DNA from: Gemmatimonadota bacterium
GTDB lineage: Bacteria; Gemmatimonadota; Gemmatimonadetes; Palauibacterales; Palauibacteraceae
Direction of reading: 5' to 3'
Length of the DNA stretch: 64,000 nucleotides
NCBI GenBank assembly: GCA_039588275.1
Contig: JBDHAC010000001.1
Span: forward strand, 32,001-96,000
Positions 49,408-59,438 of this stretch are shown here, piece after piece. Each line of letters begins with the position of its first letter. The first letter of the stretch is position 1. A program made the translations under genes and the position numbers. The notes under the pieces were generated by a model. It did no database searches. It was not told the origin of the DNA and was given only the letters and a program-made list of their open reading frames with translations.

Positions 49408-49438
49408 TGGATGCGGGTCACGCCGTGACCCGCATCCA
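49408..49438. terminator. Perfect 14-bp hairpin between convergent genes
   Basis: TGGATGCGGGTCAC-gcc-GTGACCCGCATCCA. Confidence 0.6.
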
Positions 49439-49545
49439 AGACCCCGAACAGTCGGTTGATGGGTCGATGACGGTTCAGCTGAAACGTCTCGGCCTCGGGA
49501 ACGGGCATTGGCGGCGGCTTGCCGGGACGCTCGGACAGGTCGGCC

Positions 49546-50064
49546 CTACTCGGCGGCCGCGACGGCCAGCGCCTGAAGCCGTGCGTCGATGCGCGCCGTC
49601 GCCGGCCGCTCGGGCGTGACCTCTATGGCGCGGGCCTCGAGAGTCCTGGTCCGGGACTCGTGGTAACGACCGTTCCTCACGCCCCCGTCAGGCCCCAGCT
49701 CGGCGATGAGGGTGGTACCACCTTCGGCGAGCCCGATGATCAATACCCATTCGCCCTCGCTCGGCCATGCCTGCCGGACGGCCCATACACCGGTGCCCGA
49801 TGTGGACTCGAACTCGAGCGGGATCGACCGCCGCTTCCCGTTCACCATGCCTTCGGCGGTGCCCCTCAGGTTCCACGCCGCCGGCGTCTCGTGATAGTAC
49901 GTGCGCACGATGAGGACCGCGTCCGCGTGCGCGCGGTCGAGGGGATTCGCCGGGAGCTCGAGAGAGATCCACGGCGCTCCGACGTCGGAAGACGGTGCCG
50001 GGCGGGCAAAAGCTGCCGCGATGAGGGCGATTGGGACGAGTGCGAGCATCCATGCGCGTCGCAT
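49546..50064 (-). CDS. Hypothetical exported protein
   Basis: Signal peptide, PWISLELPANP motif, AGGAGG SD. Confidence 0.75.
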   Translation of the reverse strand: MRRAWMLALVPIALIAAAFARPAPSSDVGAPWISLELPANPLDRAHADAVLIVRTYYHETPAAWNLRGTAEGMVNGKRRSIPLEFESTSGTGVWAVRQAWPSEGEWVLIIGLAEGGTTLIAELGPDGGVRNGRYHESRTRTLEARAIEVTPERPATARIDARLQALAVAAAE

Positions 50065-50112
50065 CGGAACCTCCTGGCTTCTGGTTGCGGGTTTCTCGTG
50101 ACTTGAACCTGA

Positions 50113-50140
50113 GATCCCGCGGCCCCCCCTCGGGGTTTAG
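50113..50140 (-). promoter_or_regulatory. Putative ECF promoter for 49546..50064
   Basis: Minus strand CTAAACC-N15-GGGATC, same spacing as the motif upstream of the ECF gene at 52384. Confidence 0.55.
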
Positions 50141-50160
50141 GCGGCCCCCTCTTTCGGGGT

Positions 50161-51033
50161 TTAGCCCGAGGGTCGCGTCGCTTTGCGGATTCGTACGGGG
50201 CCTTTGAAGCTCTTGATGCGAAGCTGTGGCCCGCCCTTCCCCGTCGTGAAGACTCGCTCGGAGCCGTCCGCGAACTCGTTCTCGACGGGTGCGCCGAGAG
50301 CGGTGATCGTGAAGTCGGCCGCGATCAGCGGCGGTAGCCGAAGGTCGATTCCACCGCTGTGATTTTCGAAATAGAAGAGCTCCGCCCCGGGCTCGAACGA
50401 GCCTTCGAAGACGATGTCCCCCGCCACCGACGTCAGCTCGCCCTCCCAGAGCTCCTCTCCGACTACGATGAGATCGCCGCTGACCGTCGAGGCGTTCACG
50501 AAGCCGTGCGCGCCCCGCAGGGTGACGCCACCGTCCACGGAATGCGCCCTGACGATCTTCGAGCGGCCGTCGACGAATACGTCGCCGGTCCCGGACTCCG
50601 CGAACACGGTTCGAGGAGCTCCCGAGATCCGGATCGTTCCACTGATCGTGGTCACGTCCACGCCGCCCTGGAGATCGACGATCTCCACGCTCGCTCCGGC
50701 CGTGCGAGCGGCGATGTGGCTTCGACGCGGAGCATGCACCTCGATCTCCGACCCGCTGACCGTGCCGGCACCCGGATCGGGCACGACGCGGATTCGCGTC
50801 TCGGGTCCGCGCACGCTGAAGTCCAGGCTCTCCATGCCTTCACCGAGCTCACCCGTCACGCGCACGGAATCCTTGTCCCAAGCCACGACTCGTACCGCTC
50901 CGGCGGAGATCGCGATCTTGATCGATCCATCCCCTTCGGCCGGTAGCGTGCGGTCGACCTGCTGGGCGGAGAGTCCCCCCGGCATGAAACCGAGCGCGAT
51001 GGATGCAACGGACAGGAATGTCAGGGCTTTCAT
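50161..51033 (-). CDS. DUF4097/adhesin-like beta-strand repeat protein
   Basis: Signal peptide; repeated V.T.SG.I motifs; third gene of the ECF operon. Confidence 0.82.
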   Translation of the reverse strand: MKALTFLSVASIALGFMPGGLSAQQVDRTLPAEGDGSIKIAISAGAVRVVAWDKDSVRVTGELGEGMESLDFSVRGPETRIRVVPDPGAGTVSGSEIEVHAPRRSHIAARTAGASVEIVDLQGGVDVTTISGTIRISGAPRTVFAESGTGDVFVDGRSKIVRAHSVDGGVTLRGAHGFVNASTVSGDLIVVGEELWEGELTSVAGDIVFEGSFEPGAELFYFENHSGGIDLRLPPLIAADFTITALGAPVENEFADGSERVFTTGKGGPQLRIKSFKGPVRIRKATRPSG

Positions 51034-51794
51034 CTTCGGGGACTCCGTGAATCAGTGTCGGGTCGGGAGGCCGGCCCGCGACGCGGCGCATCCGGATCGC
51101 GGGCGGAGATCCGCGTCAGCCTCTTGAGCGCCTCCACCTTGTTCCGATACGTAGCTGCCAACAGGTCGAGTGCTTCCGGATCCCTCGGGTTCGCGGCCAC
51201 GGTTGCCCGAACCTCGTCGATGGCGGTGTCGATAATATCGAGGTTTCGATCGATCGCATCCGCGGTCTGAGGGGCCAGCCGCGTGCGCTCCAGCTGGTAG
51301 GACGCCTCCAGGGTTTCGGCCGCCTCGATGTACGCGGACTCCGCCGTTTCGAACTCCTCCACGAGAGAGGTGCTCGCCGTCACGATCAGCGGGTTCCCGG
51401 GCGCGGCGGTCCCGCCGCTCTGCCGAAGCACCCACCAGGACACGCCGATCGCGATCAGCACGACCGCGGCCGCAGCCAGCGGGGCGGCGCGAGACCGGAA
51501 TCCGTAAACGCGCCGGACCGGAGACCGATACGTGGGTTCCGCCTCGAGCTCGAGCGGCTCACCGTCCAGACGCCCCGAGATGACGGGCCACAGATCTCGT
51601 CGTGGCGCGATCGATCGGGGCAGCCGCGGCGCCTCGTCCAGGATGGTCCTGAGGGTGTCCACGGCGCCTCGGCAGCGCTCGCACGCCTCGAGGTGCGCCT
51701 CCATCTCTCTCGCGAGATCGGGAGCCAGCGCGCCCTCCACGTATTCTTCGATCCGGTCTTCAAACTCGTGATTCATCTTCCTCGGCGAAGTCAT
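51030..51794 (-). CDS. Zinc-finger (zf-HC2) anti-sigma factor
   Basis: HLEACERC motif, LPRSIAPRRDLWP, TM helix. Confidence 0.85.
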   Translation of the reverse strand: MTSPRKMNHEFEDRIEEYVEGALAPDLAREMEAHLEACERCRGAVDTLRTILDEAPRLPRSIAPRRDLWPVISGRLDGEPLELEAEPTYRSPVRRVYGFRSRAAPLAAAAVVLIAIGVSWWVLRQSGGTAAPGNPLIVTASTSLVEEFETAESAYIEAAETLEASYQLERTRLAPQTADAIDRNLDIIDTAIDEVRATVAANPRDPEALDLLAATYRNKVEALKRLTRISARDPDAPRRGPASRPDTDSRSPRR

Positions 51795-52384
51795 CGTGAC
51801 AGCGTCTCCCGAAGCAGTCTGCGAGCACGGTGCAGGTGTGCCTTCGACGTTCCCGGGGCCATACCCGTCATGTCCGCGATCTCCCGGTGCGGATAGCCCT
51901 CGATGTCGTGCAGGATGAACACGAGGCGCGCTCGCCGGGGGAGCGCCGCGATCGCCCGTTCGAGGTCCACCCGGAACTCGTGACCGGTCCCGGATGGGTG
52001 CTCGCGTCCTTCGATGGCCCGGGCTTCCCTGGTCTGCCGTCTGCCGTCGGCCCTGAGGCTGTGGTAGACGACGTTCACGGCGACACGGTGAAGCCAGGAT
52101 GAGAAGGCCGCCTCCCCCCGAAAGGATCGCAGTCGCTCCCACGCCCGTACGAATACATCCTGCGTCAACTCCTCCGCGCGCCGCTCGTCGGACACGAGCC
52201 GTAGGCAGAGCGCGAACACCCGCCCGACGTTCTCGCGGTACAGAACCTCGAACGCTCTCTTGTCGCCTTCCTGAGCGCTTCGAACCGGGTCGGGTACGGT
52301 GGGGCGGTCCTTCTCGACCGCCCGTACCGCGATCCGCCCGCTCGCCGGTCGGCTCGAATCCGAGGCGCGACTCTCCGGTTCCAT
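51791..52384 (-). CDS. ECF RNA polymerase sigma factor
   Basis: AEELTQDVFVRAW, SWLHRVAVN, EGYPHREIA..TG...GTSKAHLHRAR. Confidence 0.93.
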   Translation of the reverse strand: MEPESRASDSSRPASGRIAVRAVEKDRPTVPDPVRSAQEGDKRAFEVLYRENVGRVFALCLRLVSDERRAEELTQDVFVRAWERLRSFRGEAAFSSWLHRVAVNVVYHSLRADGRRQTREARAIEGREHPSGTGHEFRVDLERAIAALPRRARLVFILHDIEGYPHREIADMTGMAPGTSKAHLHRARRLLRETLSR

Positions 52385-52392
52385 CGATCTAG

Positions 52393-52420
52393 GATACCGC
52401 CGAGGGCCGCGAGGGTTTAG
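52393..52420 (-). promoter_or_regulatory. Putative autoregulatory ECF promoter
   Basis: Minus strand CTAAACC-N15-GGTATC ending 8 nt before ATG 52384. Confidence 0.55.
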
Positions 52421-52520
52421 GGAAGGACGCCGCGGTGGTAGGAGCCGCCGTTGCGGTGCCGGACCGCACATCGAGACTTTGAAAGACCACAGAATCCCCT
52501 GAGCTCGTGGAGGACTTGCC

Positions 52521-53402
52521 GTGTCGCGCTCGGATCTCAGCCTCGCTCTCCCCTTTCTCCTGCTCGGAGCCTGCCAGCCGGCAGCGGATCAGGCGGCCGC
52601 GGCCGAGCGCGCGACGAGCGGTGCCCATTCCCGGGAGGCGGTCGCCCAGGGGGCGGTCGCCCGGGAGGCGGAGGCCCAACAAGCGGTGGCGCGCCCCACC
52701 GTCCTGATCACGGGCTCAAACCGCGGCATCGGTCTCGAGTTCGCCCGGCAGTACGAGCGGAGCGGGTGGGAGGTCATCGCGACCGCCCGAAACCCCGACG
52801 CGGCGGAGGATCTGCACGCGCTGGCCAGGGATCACCCCAACGTCGTGATCGAGCGACTGGACGTGACCGATCACGCGGGCATCGATGCGCTGGCCGAGCG
52901 GTACCGGGGCCGTCGGATCGATGTGCTGATCAACAACGCCGGCGTCCTCGGAGCGCTCGAGAGCCAACGACTGGAGACGCTCGACTACGAGGAGTTCGAG
53001 CAAGTGATGGCCGTCAACGTCTTCGGACCCCTGCGGGTCTCGCAGGCTTTCCTGGACCACGTCGCGGCCAGCGATCAGAAGAAGTTCGTGGTCATTACGA
53101 GCGTCTCGGGCTCGATCGAGATCGCCGGACGGGGCGGAGGTTTCTACTTCTACAAGATCAGCAAAGCCGGCGTGAACATGGCCATGCGCTCGCTCGGTTC
53201 GGAGACCCGGGGCCGTGGCATCAAGGTCGGGATCATCCACCCGGGGGCCGTAAACACGCGCATGCTGCGGCAGACCGGCTTCCGCGGAAGAGCGACGGAG
53301 CCCGAGGAGGCGGTGCGATCGATGATCGAGGTGATCGCCAATCTGACGGACGAGACGTCCGGCACCTTCCTCCGTTACGACGGCGAGACGCTACCCTGGT
53401 GA
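52521..53402 (+). CDS. SDR oxidoreductase (CsgA/C-factor-like) with lipoprotein-type N-terminus
   Basis: ITGSNRGIG, DVLINNAG, YKISK, HPGAVNT; lipobox LGAC. Confidence 0.88.
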   Translation: MSRSDLSLALPFLLLGACQPAADQAAAAERATSGAHSREAVAQGAVAREAEAQQAVARPTVLITGSNRGIGLEFARQYERSGWEVIATARNPDAAEDLHALARDHPNVVIERLDVTDHAGIDALAERYRGRRIDVLINNAGVLGALESQRLETLDYEEFEQVMAVNVFGPLRVSQAFLDHVAASDQKKFVVITSVSGSIEIAGRGGGFYFYKISKAGVNMAMRSLGSETRGRGIKVGIIHPGAVNTRMLRQTGFRGRATEPEEAVRSMIEVIANLTDETSGTFLRYDGETLPW

Positions 53403-53761
53403 CTCGGAACCCTCGCCCCGATAGCGGCCGCCGTGGATCGGGACGGCCGTCGTGGCGTGTCCTGGGCCTGCTGCTGCCCTTGGCGTGCGGCGCCGCGCCC
53501 GATCTCGCCGATTTCCGGGTCGGCATGGACCGAGCTTCGGTGCGCGCCGAGTTCGGAGCTCCCTCCCAGGTGCAGGAGATCGTGAAGACCGAGGAGGCCA
53601 TATTCGGCCCGATCGAGGAGTTCTGGGATTCGGTGGACCCCGGCAGCACCGTGGAGATCTGGCATTACGGGGTCCAAGGCGGGACCGTCGAGCTATACTT
53701 CGTCGACGGCTCCGACGCGGTGCAGGGTGTGGGCTTCGCGCCAGAGGGAGCCGTTTACTAG
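53399..53761 (+). CDS. Small hypothetical lipoprotein
   Basis: GTGA overlap; lipobox PLAC; GM....V...FGAP motif. Confidence 0.65.
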   Translation: MTRNPRPDSGRRGSGRPSWRVLGLLLPLACGAAPDLADFRVGMDRASVRAEFGAPSQVQEIVKTEEAIFGPIEEFWDSVDPGSTVEIWHYGVQGGTVELYFVDGSDAVQGVGFAPEGAVY

Positions 53762-53781
53762 CGGGTCGGGGCTGAACCGGA

Positions 53782-54504
53782 TCAAGGGGCTGCCCCGAGC
53801 GCCTCGCGCTGGAGCGCCAACAGGTCCCGGATACCCGACTCGGCCAGATCCAGGAGTGCATGCAGGTCCCGCCGCGAGAACGGGGCACCCTCCGCAGTGC
53901 CCTGCACTTCGACGATCCGGCCATCCTCGAGAGCGACGACGTTGAAATCGACGTCGGCCGTGACGTCTTCGGTATACTCGAGATCGAGGAGCAGCCGGCC
54001 GTCGACGATTCCGACGCTGATCGCCGCGACGAGCTGACGGAGCGGGTCGGTCTCGAGCTCTCCGCCGGCGAGGAGGGAGCGCAACGCATCGGCGACCGCG
54101 AGGCAGCCACCCGTGATCGACGCGGTCCTCGTGCCTCCGTCGGCGGCGAGCACATCGCAGTCCACCGTCACCGTTCGGTCGCCGAGCGCCGCCAGATCCA
54201 CGGCGGCGCGCAGGGAGCGTCCGATGAGGCGCTGGATCTCCTGCGTCCGTCCGCGCGGACCTCGCCGCTCTCTGCTGGTGCGGCGCAGCGTAGCGCGCGG
54301 CAGCATGGCGTACTCGCCGGTCAGCCACCCCCCGATGCCCTCGCGAAACGGGGGAACGCCGGGCTCGACCGACGCCGTGCACAGCACGCGCGTGCCGCCC
54401 ATCGAGATGAGGCAGGAGCCCTCGGCGAACGGGGCCGCCCCGAGCTCGAAAGAAGTGTCGCGCAGTTGGTCCGGATCGCGGCCGGCAGGGCGGGTGGCGC
54501 TCAC
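53782..54504 (-). CDS. rph: Ribonuclease PH
   Basis: [52 protein letters not shown]. Confidence 0.95.
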   Translation of the reverse strand: MSATRPAGRDPDQLRDTSFELGAAPFAEGSCLISMGGTRVLCTASVEPGVPPFREGIGGWLTGEYAMLPRATLRRTSRERRGPRGRTQEIQRLIGRSLRAAVDLAALGDRTVTVDCDVLAADGGTRTASITGGCLAVADALRSLLAGGELETDPLRQLVAAISVGIVDGRLLLDLEYTEDVTADVDFNVVALEDGRIVEVQGTAEGAPFSRRDLHALLDLAESGIRDLLALQREALGAAP

Positions 54505-54767
54505 GTCGGCCCTGCCTCCGCACGCGACGTGACTCGACGCTGGAGCGAGAACGGTGCCGTGCGGCTTCGACACCGTCGCACCGGCAGAGTAGGATGGATC
54601 GGGCCTGCTTCCTGGCGCACGGCGATTCCTCGAGTGCGGGTCACGGGTGATTCGGGCTGAACGGAGGTGAACATATGAGCTTGGGCCGGCTCATCGCACT
54701 CGCCCCGCGCCAACAGGGATGGACCCCCGTTCCCAAGGCGATCCATCGCCACTCATGGGAGATTGCG

Positions 54768-55151
54768 ATGAAGAAGGTCAAGACTGAGACAGCGCCCCCG
54801 CCCGCGGGGCACTACTCGCAAGCGGTCGTGCACGACGGGCTCGTCTACGTGTCCGGTCAGATTCCGATCGATGTCGAGGGAAAGGTGCTCGGGGACGCCC
54901 CGATCGAGGTGCAGGTCGAAACGGTCCTCGGGAACATCCGATCGATCCTGCAGGCTGCCGGCAGCGATCTGGACCGCACGCTCCAGATGACGGTCTATGT
55001 GACAGACATCGCGAGCTGGGGACGCGTCAACGAGACGTATGCACGGGTGATGGGCTCACACCGCCCGGCCCGAGCCATCGTCCCCGTTCGCGACCTGCAC
55101 CACGGCATCGGAGTCGAGATCCAGGCCATCGCAGCGATCGATCAGAGCTGA
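54768..55151 (+). CDS. RidA family reactive intermediate deaminase
   Basis: GHYSQA, VSGQIP, RPARA, VEI motifs; alternative start at 54675. Confidence 0.9.
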   Translation: MKKVKTETAPPPAGHYSQAVVHDGLVYVSGQIPIDVEGKVLGDAPIEVQVETVLGNIRSILQAAGSDLDRTLQMTVYVTDIASWGRVNETYARVMGSHRPARAIVPVRDLHHGIGVEIQAIAAIDQS

Positions 55152-55173
55152 TACTCGAGCGCAAGGAGCTCAG

Positions 55174-56103
55174 ATGTCCGGTTTTCTCGGTCTCGTAGAG
55201 TTCCTGGTCGCGATCGGAGTCGTGGTCGCGGCCATCTCCAACTACCTGATCATCAACAAGCTGTGGAAGCGGAAACACCTGCGGAACGTGGCCGAGAGCA
55301 TCTCGATCTCGGCTGCCTTCCTGGGTCTCGGGACCTCCCTCCCCCTGTTCATCCAGCTGGCCGCGATCGACAAGACGCCACTCCCGGCGATCAAGACGGC
55401 GATCGGCCTGGTCACGGGTGTCGTGTTCGTGCTGATCGGGACGGGATTGTGGGTGAGCGAGAATCGCGGCGTCTCCTTCGGGAGACTCCTGCTCCGCGCG
55501 CTGAACCTGGAGCGCCGCGAGTCCACCCATCTAATCAAGGCCATGCTCCAGCCGAAGGGGGCCGAGCAGATCCTGCAGATACTCGGGCACATGGCCGCGA
55601 TCGATCGGCACGTGCACGAAAGAGAGATCGCGTTGATCCATGGCTTCGCGCACCGCTGGAGGATACCCGCCCCCGACCTGACGGCAGGAGCGGTCGAAGG
55701 GGATAGCAGTCTGCTGGAGGTGCGCCAGGCGGTGCTGGACTACTTGAGCCTCGGCCCGCCCTTCGAGCAGGCGGCCCAGCTCCAGGACGTTCTAAGCCTG
55801 TTCGTGAAGGCAGACGAGGAAGTGACCCGGGAGGAGGAGATCGTCCTGGAGGAGGTGAACGGCCTCATCACGCAATACGTGACCGCGGACACCCTCGAAC
55901 GGGAGATGCATGAAGTGCTGATCGTGCCGCAGAGCGACGAGCAATTCGAAGCCGTGCAGGCACTCATCCCCGGCGCACACGCGAAGAAGAGCCGGGGTGG
56001 CACCGTGTTCTCGGCCGGGAGCTTCTTCTCGGGCGACTATGCGGAGGTCGTCTGCGAGAAGTACATCGCGCTCGGTCTGTTCACCGCGCAGGTCGCGAGC
56101 TGA
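55174..56103 (+). CDS. Membrane protein with TerB-like domain
   Basis: Three N-terminal TM segments, then MAAIDRHVHERE and FVKADEEVTREEE paired TerB-type motifs. Confidence 0.65.
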   Translation: MSGFLGLVEFLVAIGVVVAAISNYLIINKLWKRKHLRNVAESISISAAFLGLGTSLPLFIQLAAIDKTPLPAIKTAIGLVTGVVFVLIGTGLWVSENRGVSFGRLLLRALNLERRESTHLIKAMLQPKGAEQILQILGHMAAIDRHVHEREIALIHGFAHRWRIPAPDLTAGAVEGDSSLLEVRQAVLDYLSLGPPFEQAAQLQDVLSLFVKADEEVTREEEIVLEEVNGLITQYVTADTLEREMHEVLIVPQSDEQFEAVQALIPGAHAKKSRGGTVFSAGSFFSGDYAEVVCEKYIALGLFTAQVAS

Positions 56104-56120
56104 GGAGGGCACTCCGGTCC

Positions 56121-56711
56121 ATGTCTAGACTGTCGCGGGTGTGCGTGTTCGCGGGCTCCGGTCTCGGGGCCCGAGACGGGTATCGTGACGCGGCCGCGGC
56201 CCTGGGCGAGGCCCTGGCACGGCGCCGGATCGACCTGGTGTACGGCGGAGCGACGGTCGGCCTCATGGGCGAAGTAGCAGACGCGGTCCTGGAGGGCGAC
56301 GGGCACGTGACCGGAGTCATCCCCGACGCCCTGGCCGAGAAGGAGATCGCGCACGAGGCGATTCAGGACCTGCGCGTCGTGGGCTCGATGCACGAGCGGA
56401 AAGCCGTGATGGCGGATCTCGCGGACGGTTTCGTGGCGTTGCCTGGGGGATTGGGCACCCTCGAGGAGCTATTCGAGATCCTCACCTGGGCCCAACTGGG
56501 GATCCACACGAAGCCGGTAGGCGTGCTGAACGTCGGCGGCTATTACAACCTGCTGCTCGAGGCGCTCGATCACGCGGTACGGGAGCGATTCGTTCGCAAG
56601 GGACACCGAAGCCTCGTATGCGTCGACGCCGATCCAGATGGGCTTCTGGACGCACTCGAGACGTACCAGCCCCGATACGTGGAGAAGTTGCTGGACCGAA
56701 GCGCCCGCTAG
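56121..56711 (+). CDS. LOG family nucleotide phosphoribohydrolase (TIGR00730-type)
   Basis: LVYGG, GLMG, MHERKA, LPGGLGTLEE. Confidence 0.93.
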   Translation: MSRLSRVCVFAGSGLGARDGYRDAAAALGEALARRRIDLVYGGATVGLMGEVADAVLEGDGHVTGVIPDALAEKEIAHEAIQDLRVVGSMHERKAVMADLADGFVALPGGLGTLEELFEILTWAQLGIHTKPVGVLNVGGYYNLLLEALDHAVRERFVRKGHRSLVCVDADPDGLLDALETYQPRYVEKLLDRSAR

Positions 56712-57283
56712 CTCGGCTCCCCGCGGGTGGTCGGGAAGTCCGACGCCTGCATCACCTCCTGCATGAGCCAGATGTGCCGCCTCGTATGGGCCAGCATTAC
56801 TTCGAAGGCCTGGATGACCGGTAGCCTCAGCAACTTGAAGAAGGGCGAGCGAATCTTCGCCCGTCCGATGTCCAGCCCGTCCGCCGCGTGAAGCGATGTT
56901 ATCGTCGCCTCCTGAACGGCCTGGAGCTCGGCCAGTACCGCCTCCCGGTCCAGGTCCGGGGGCGGTTCGAGATGCCCCACGGTCGGCATGCGCCTGCGCG
57001 GGGGCGGCTCCATCATGCGCGTGAACCAGCGCCCTAACGGACCGCCTCGAAAGGGACCGGTCGCGAGCCAACCCGCCTCACGCGCCGCGCGCACCGAGCC
57101 CTCGATCGCCGTCAGGTACGGCCGATTGGTGAGGGAGATGTGCTCGATGTGCTCGCCGACAGACCACTTGTCGGGGTGCGGTCGCCACAGAAACGCATCG
57201 GGATCGAGGGCGCCAGCGAGTTGGAGAATCTCGTCCGTCTCGCGCTCGACTTCCACCACCAACGCCGCGACCTGTTGACTCAT
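56708..57283 (-). CDS. DinB family protein
   Basis: KWSVGEHIEH and H.RRH motifs. Confidence 0.85.
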   Translation of the reverse strand: MSQQVAALVVEVERETDEILQLAGALDPDAFLWRPHPDKWSVGEHIEHISLTNRPYLTAIEGSVRAAREAGWLATGPFRGGPLGRWFTRMMEPPPRRRMPTVGHLEPPPDLDREAVLAELQAVQEATITSLHAADGLDIGRAKIRSPFFKLLRLPVIQAFEVMLAHTRRHIWLMQEVMQASDFPTTRGEPS

Positions 57284-57346
57284 TGGGTGGCTCTCCTCGA
57301 GTTGGTCCACCGCGTCCGGCTGTGCTCGGCCCGCGAGTGGGGCCGG

Positions 57347-58636
57347 TCAGGCCGCCGGTTGCATTTCCCCGGGAGGCTCCAGCTTCTCTCCCTCGGACCG
57401 GGCCACGACGGAGGCGGCCGTGAGATCACCGGTCACGTTGACGGCCGTGCGGCACATGTCGAGGATCCGATCGACGCCCAGGATCAGCGCGATCCCGGCT
57501 GCCGGGTCTACCGTGGGCGGCAGAGCCTGCTGTAGGACGACGATCAGAATGATAATCCCGGCGGAGGGCACGCCGGCCGCACCGATGGAAGCGAGCGTCG
57601 CCGTGAGCACGATCCCGAACTGGACGCTGAGCGACAGGTCTCCGACCAGCACCTGCGCGATGAACATGGTCGCCACCGCCTGATACAGGGCCGTGCCATC
57701 CATGTTGATCGTCGCACCGAGAGGCAGCACGAAGCTCGAGACTTCCTTGCTGACGCCGATCTCATCTTCGGCGGTTTCCATGGTGACTGGCAGCGTCGCG
57801 TTGGAGCTCGAGGTCGAGAACGCGATGAGCTGTACGCCTCGGATGCGCCGGAAAAAGTCGAGCGGCTTCAACCGGGCCAGGAAGCGCAGGGCCGCCGAGT
57901 AGGTGAGGACCACGTGTAGCATTAGGCCGGCCACCACCGTCAGGCAGTAGACCAGCAGGCTCTGGAGCACGTCCGCGCCGAAGCGCGCGATCACCGCCCC
58001 GATCAGGGCGAACACCGCGTAGGGGGCGAGCTTCATGATCCAGTGAATCATGACGATGGCGACTTCGTTGACACCGTCGAAGAACCTCAGAACCGGATCC
58101 TTCTTGGCCGCCGCCAGCACCGAGAGCGCTGCACCGAACATGATCGAGAAGAAGATGATCGGGAGCATGTCGAAGTTGACGAGCGCCTCGAACGGGTTTC
58201 GCGGGACGATCCCGCGCAGGACCTCGACCATGCCCGGCGCCTGCTGGGCCATCTCGACCCTGCTCTGCCCTTCGGCCAGATACGTCCCGCGGAGGGCTTC
58301 GAGCGCCTCCGGACTCATCCCCGCGTCCCGGATGATCAGGTTCGACAGAACGAGTCCGATGGTCACGGCGACCGCGGTGGTGATGAGATAGTAGCCGACG
58401 GTCTTACCCCCGACGCGTCCCACCTTGGTGATGTCACCCAGGCTGGCGGTGCCGACGATGAGGCTGGCCACGACGAGTGGGATCACGACCATCGTGATCA
58501 GGTCGATCCACGCGTCGCCGAACTGCCGGATGGCAACGAGGAAGTCGACCAGGGGATCGATGTCCAGCAGGTTGGCGACCAACCCGAACACCACACCGAG
58601 AATCAAAGCGATGGTGATCTTCGTGTAGAGTTGCAT
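57347..58636 (-). CDS. Dicarboxylate/amino acid:cation symporter (DAACS, GltP-like)
   Basis: AFSTSSSNATLP, LPLGATINMDG, DRILDMCRTAVNVTGD. Confidence 0.93.
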   Translation of the reverse strand: MQLYTKITIALILGVVFGLVANLLDIDPLVDFLVAIRQFGDAWIDLITMVVIPLVVASLIVGTASLGDITKVGRVGGKTVGYYLITTAVAVTIGLVLSNLIIRDAGMSPEALEALRGTYLAEGQSRVEMAQQAPGMVEVLRGIVPRNPFEALVNFDMLPIIFFSIMFGAALSVLAAAKKDPVLRFFDGVNEVAIVMIHWIMKLAPYAVFALIGAVIARFGADVLQSLLVYCLTVVAGLMLHVVLTYSAALRFLARLKPLDFFRRIRGVQLIAFSTSSSNATLPVTMETAEDEIGVSKEVSSFVLPLGATINMDGTALYQAVATMFIAQVLVGDLSLSVQFGIVLTATLASIGAAGVPSAGIIILIVVLQQALPPTVDPAAGIALILGVDRILDMCRTAVNVTGDLTAASVVARSEGEKLEPPGEMQPAA

Positions 58637-58841
58637 GGGCGGTCGCTGATCGAGTGAATGGGGATGCCGGACACGGATGCCGGACACCTGTGCGCACGGC
58701 CTTCGCGGGGCGGGCCGGTGGCACACGAAGCGACCAATCTGCCGGCCTTGGCGTTACGACGCCAGCGGAGCGAGAGCTGACAGGACCCGGGGAATATCGT
58801 TCCGGAGCCGGCGACACCATGCGACGTTAGGTTGGTCGGCC

Positions 58842-59438
58842 ATGAACGGATTCGAGCTCGAACCGGTGACTCTCGCAGGGCGGCACGTGACGCTCGAGCC
58901 GCTCACGCTCGCGCACGTTCCCCAGCTGTGGGAGGCTGGGAGCTTCCCGGAAATCTGGCGCTTCATGCCGTTTCAGCCGGGCTCGGAGAGCGAAGTGCAG
59001 GTGCTCGTCGAGCAAGCGCTGGAGCTGGCGGACGCCGGCCAGATGATGGCATTCGCGCAGCGATCCAACGCGGACGATCGCGTCGTGGGCTCCACCTCCT
59101 ACCTGAACCCCGACCCGGGCTACAGACGCGTCGAGATCGGAGCGACCTGGCTGACCCCTGCCGCGCAGCGGACGGGCATCAACACCGAGGCGAAGCACCT
59201 GCTGCTCGAGCATGCCTTCGAGCAATTGGACTGCATCCGGGTCGAGTTCAAGACCGACGCGCGCAACGCTCGCTCGCGAGCCGCCCTCGAGCGGATCGGC
59301 GCGACCGCGGAAGGCACGCTACGACATCACATGATCATGCCCGACGGTCACCTGCGGGACAGCACGTACTTCAGCATCCTGCGAACCGAGTGGCCCGATG
59401 TACGAGCGGCGCTCGAGGAGCTGATGTCACGCGGCTGA
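58842..59438 (+). CDS. GNAT (RimJ/RimL-type) acetyltransferase
   Basis: EIGATW, QRTGINTEAK, RVEFKTDARN.RS..A.ERIGA..EG.LR. Confidence 0.9.
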   Translation: MNGFELEPVTLAGRHVTLEPLTLAHVPQLWEAGSFPEIWRFMPFQPGSESEVQVLVEQALELADAGQMMAFAQRSNADDRVVGSTSYLNPDPGYRRVEIGATWLTPAAQRTGINTEAKHLLLEHAFEQLDCIRVEFKTDARNARSRAALERIGATAEGTLRHHMIMPDGHLRDSTYFSILRTEWPDVRAALEELMSRG

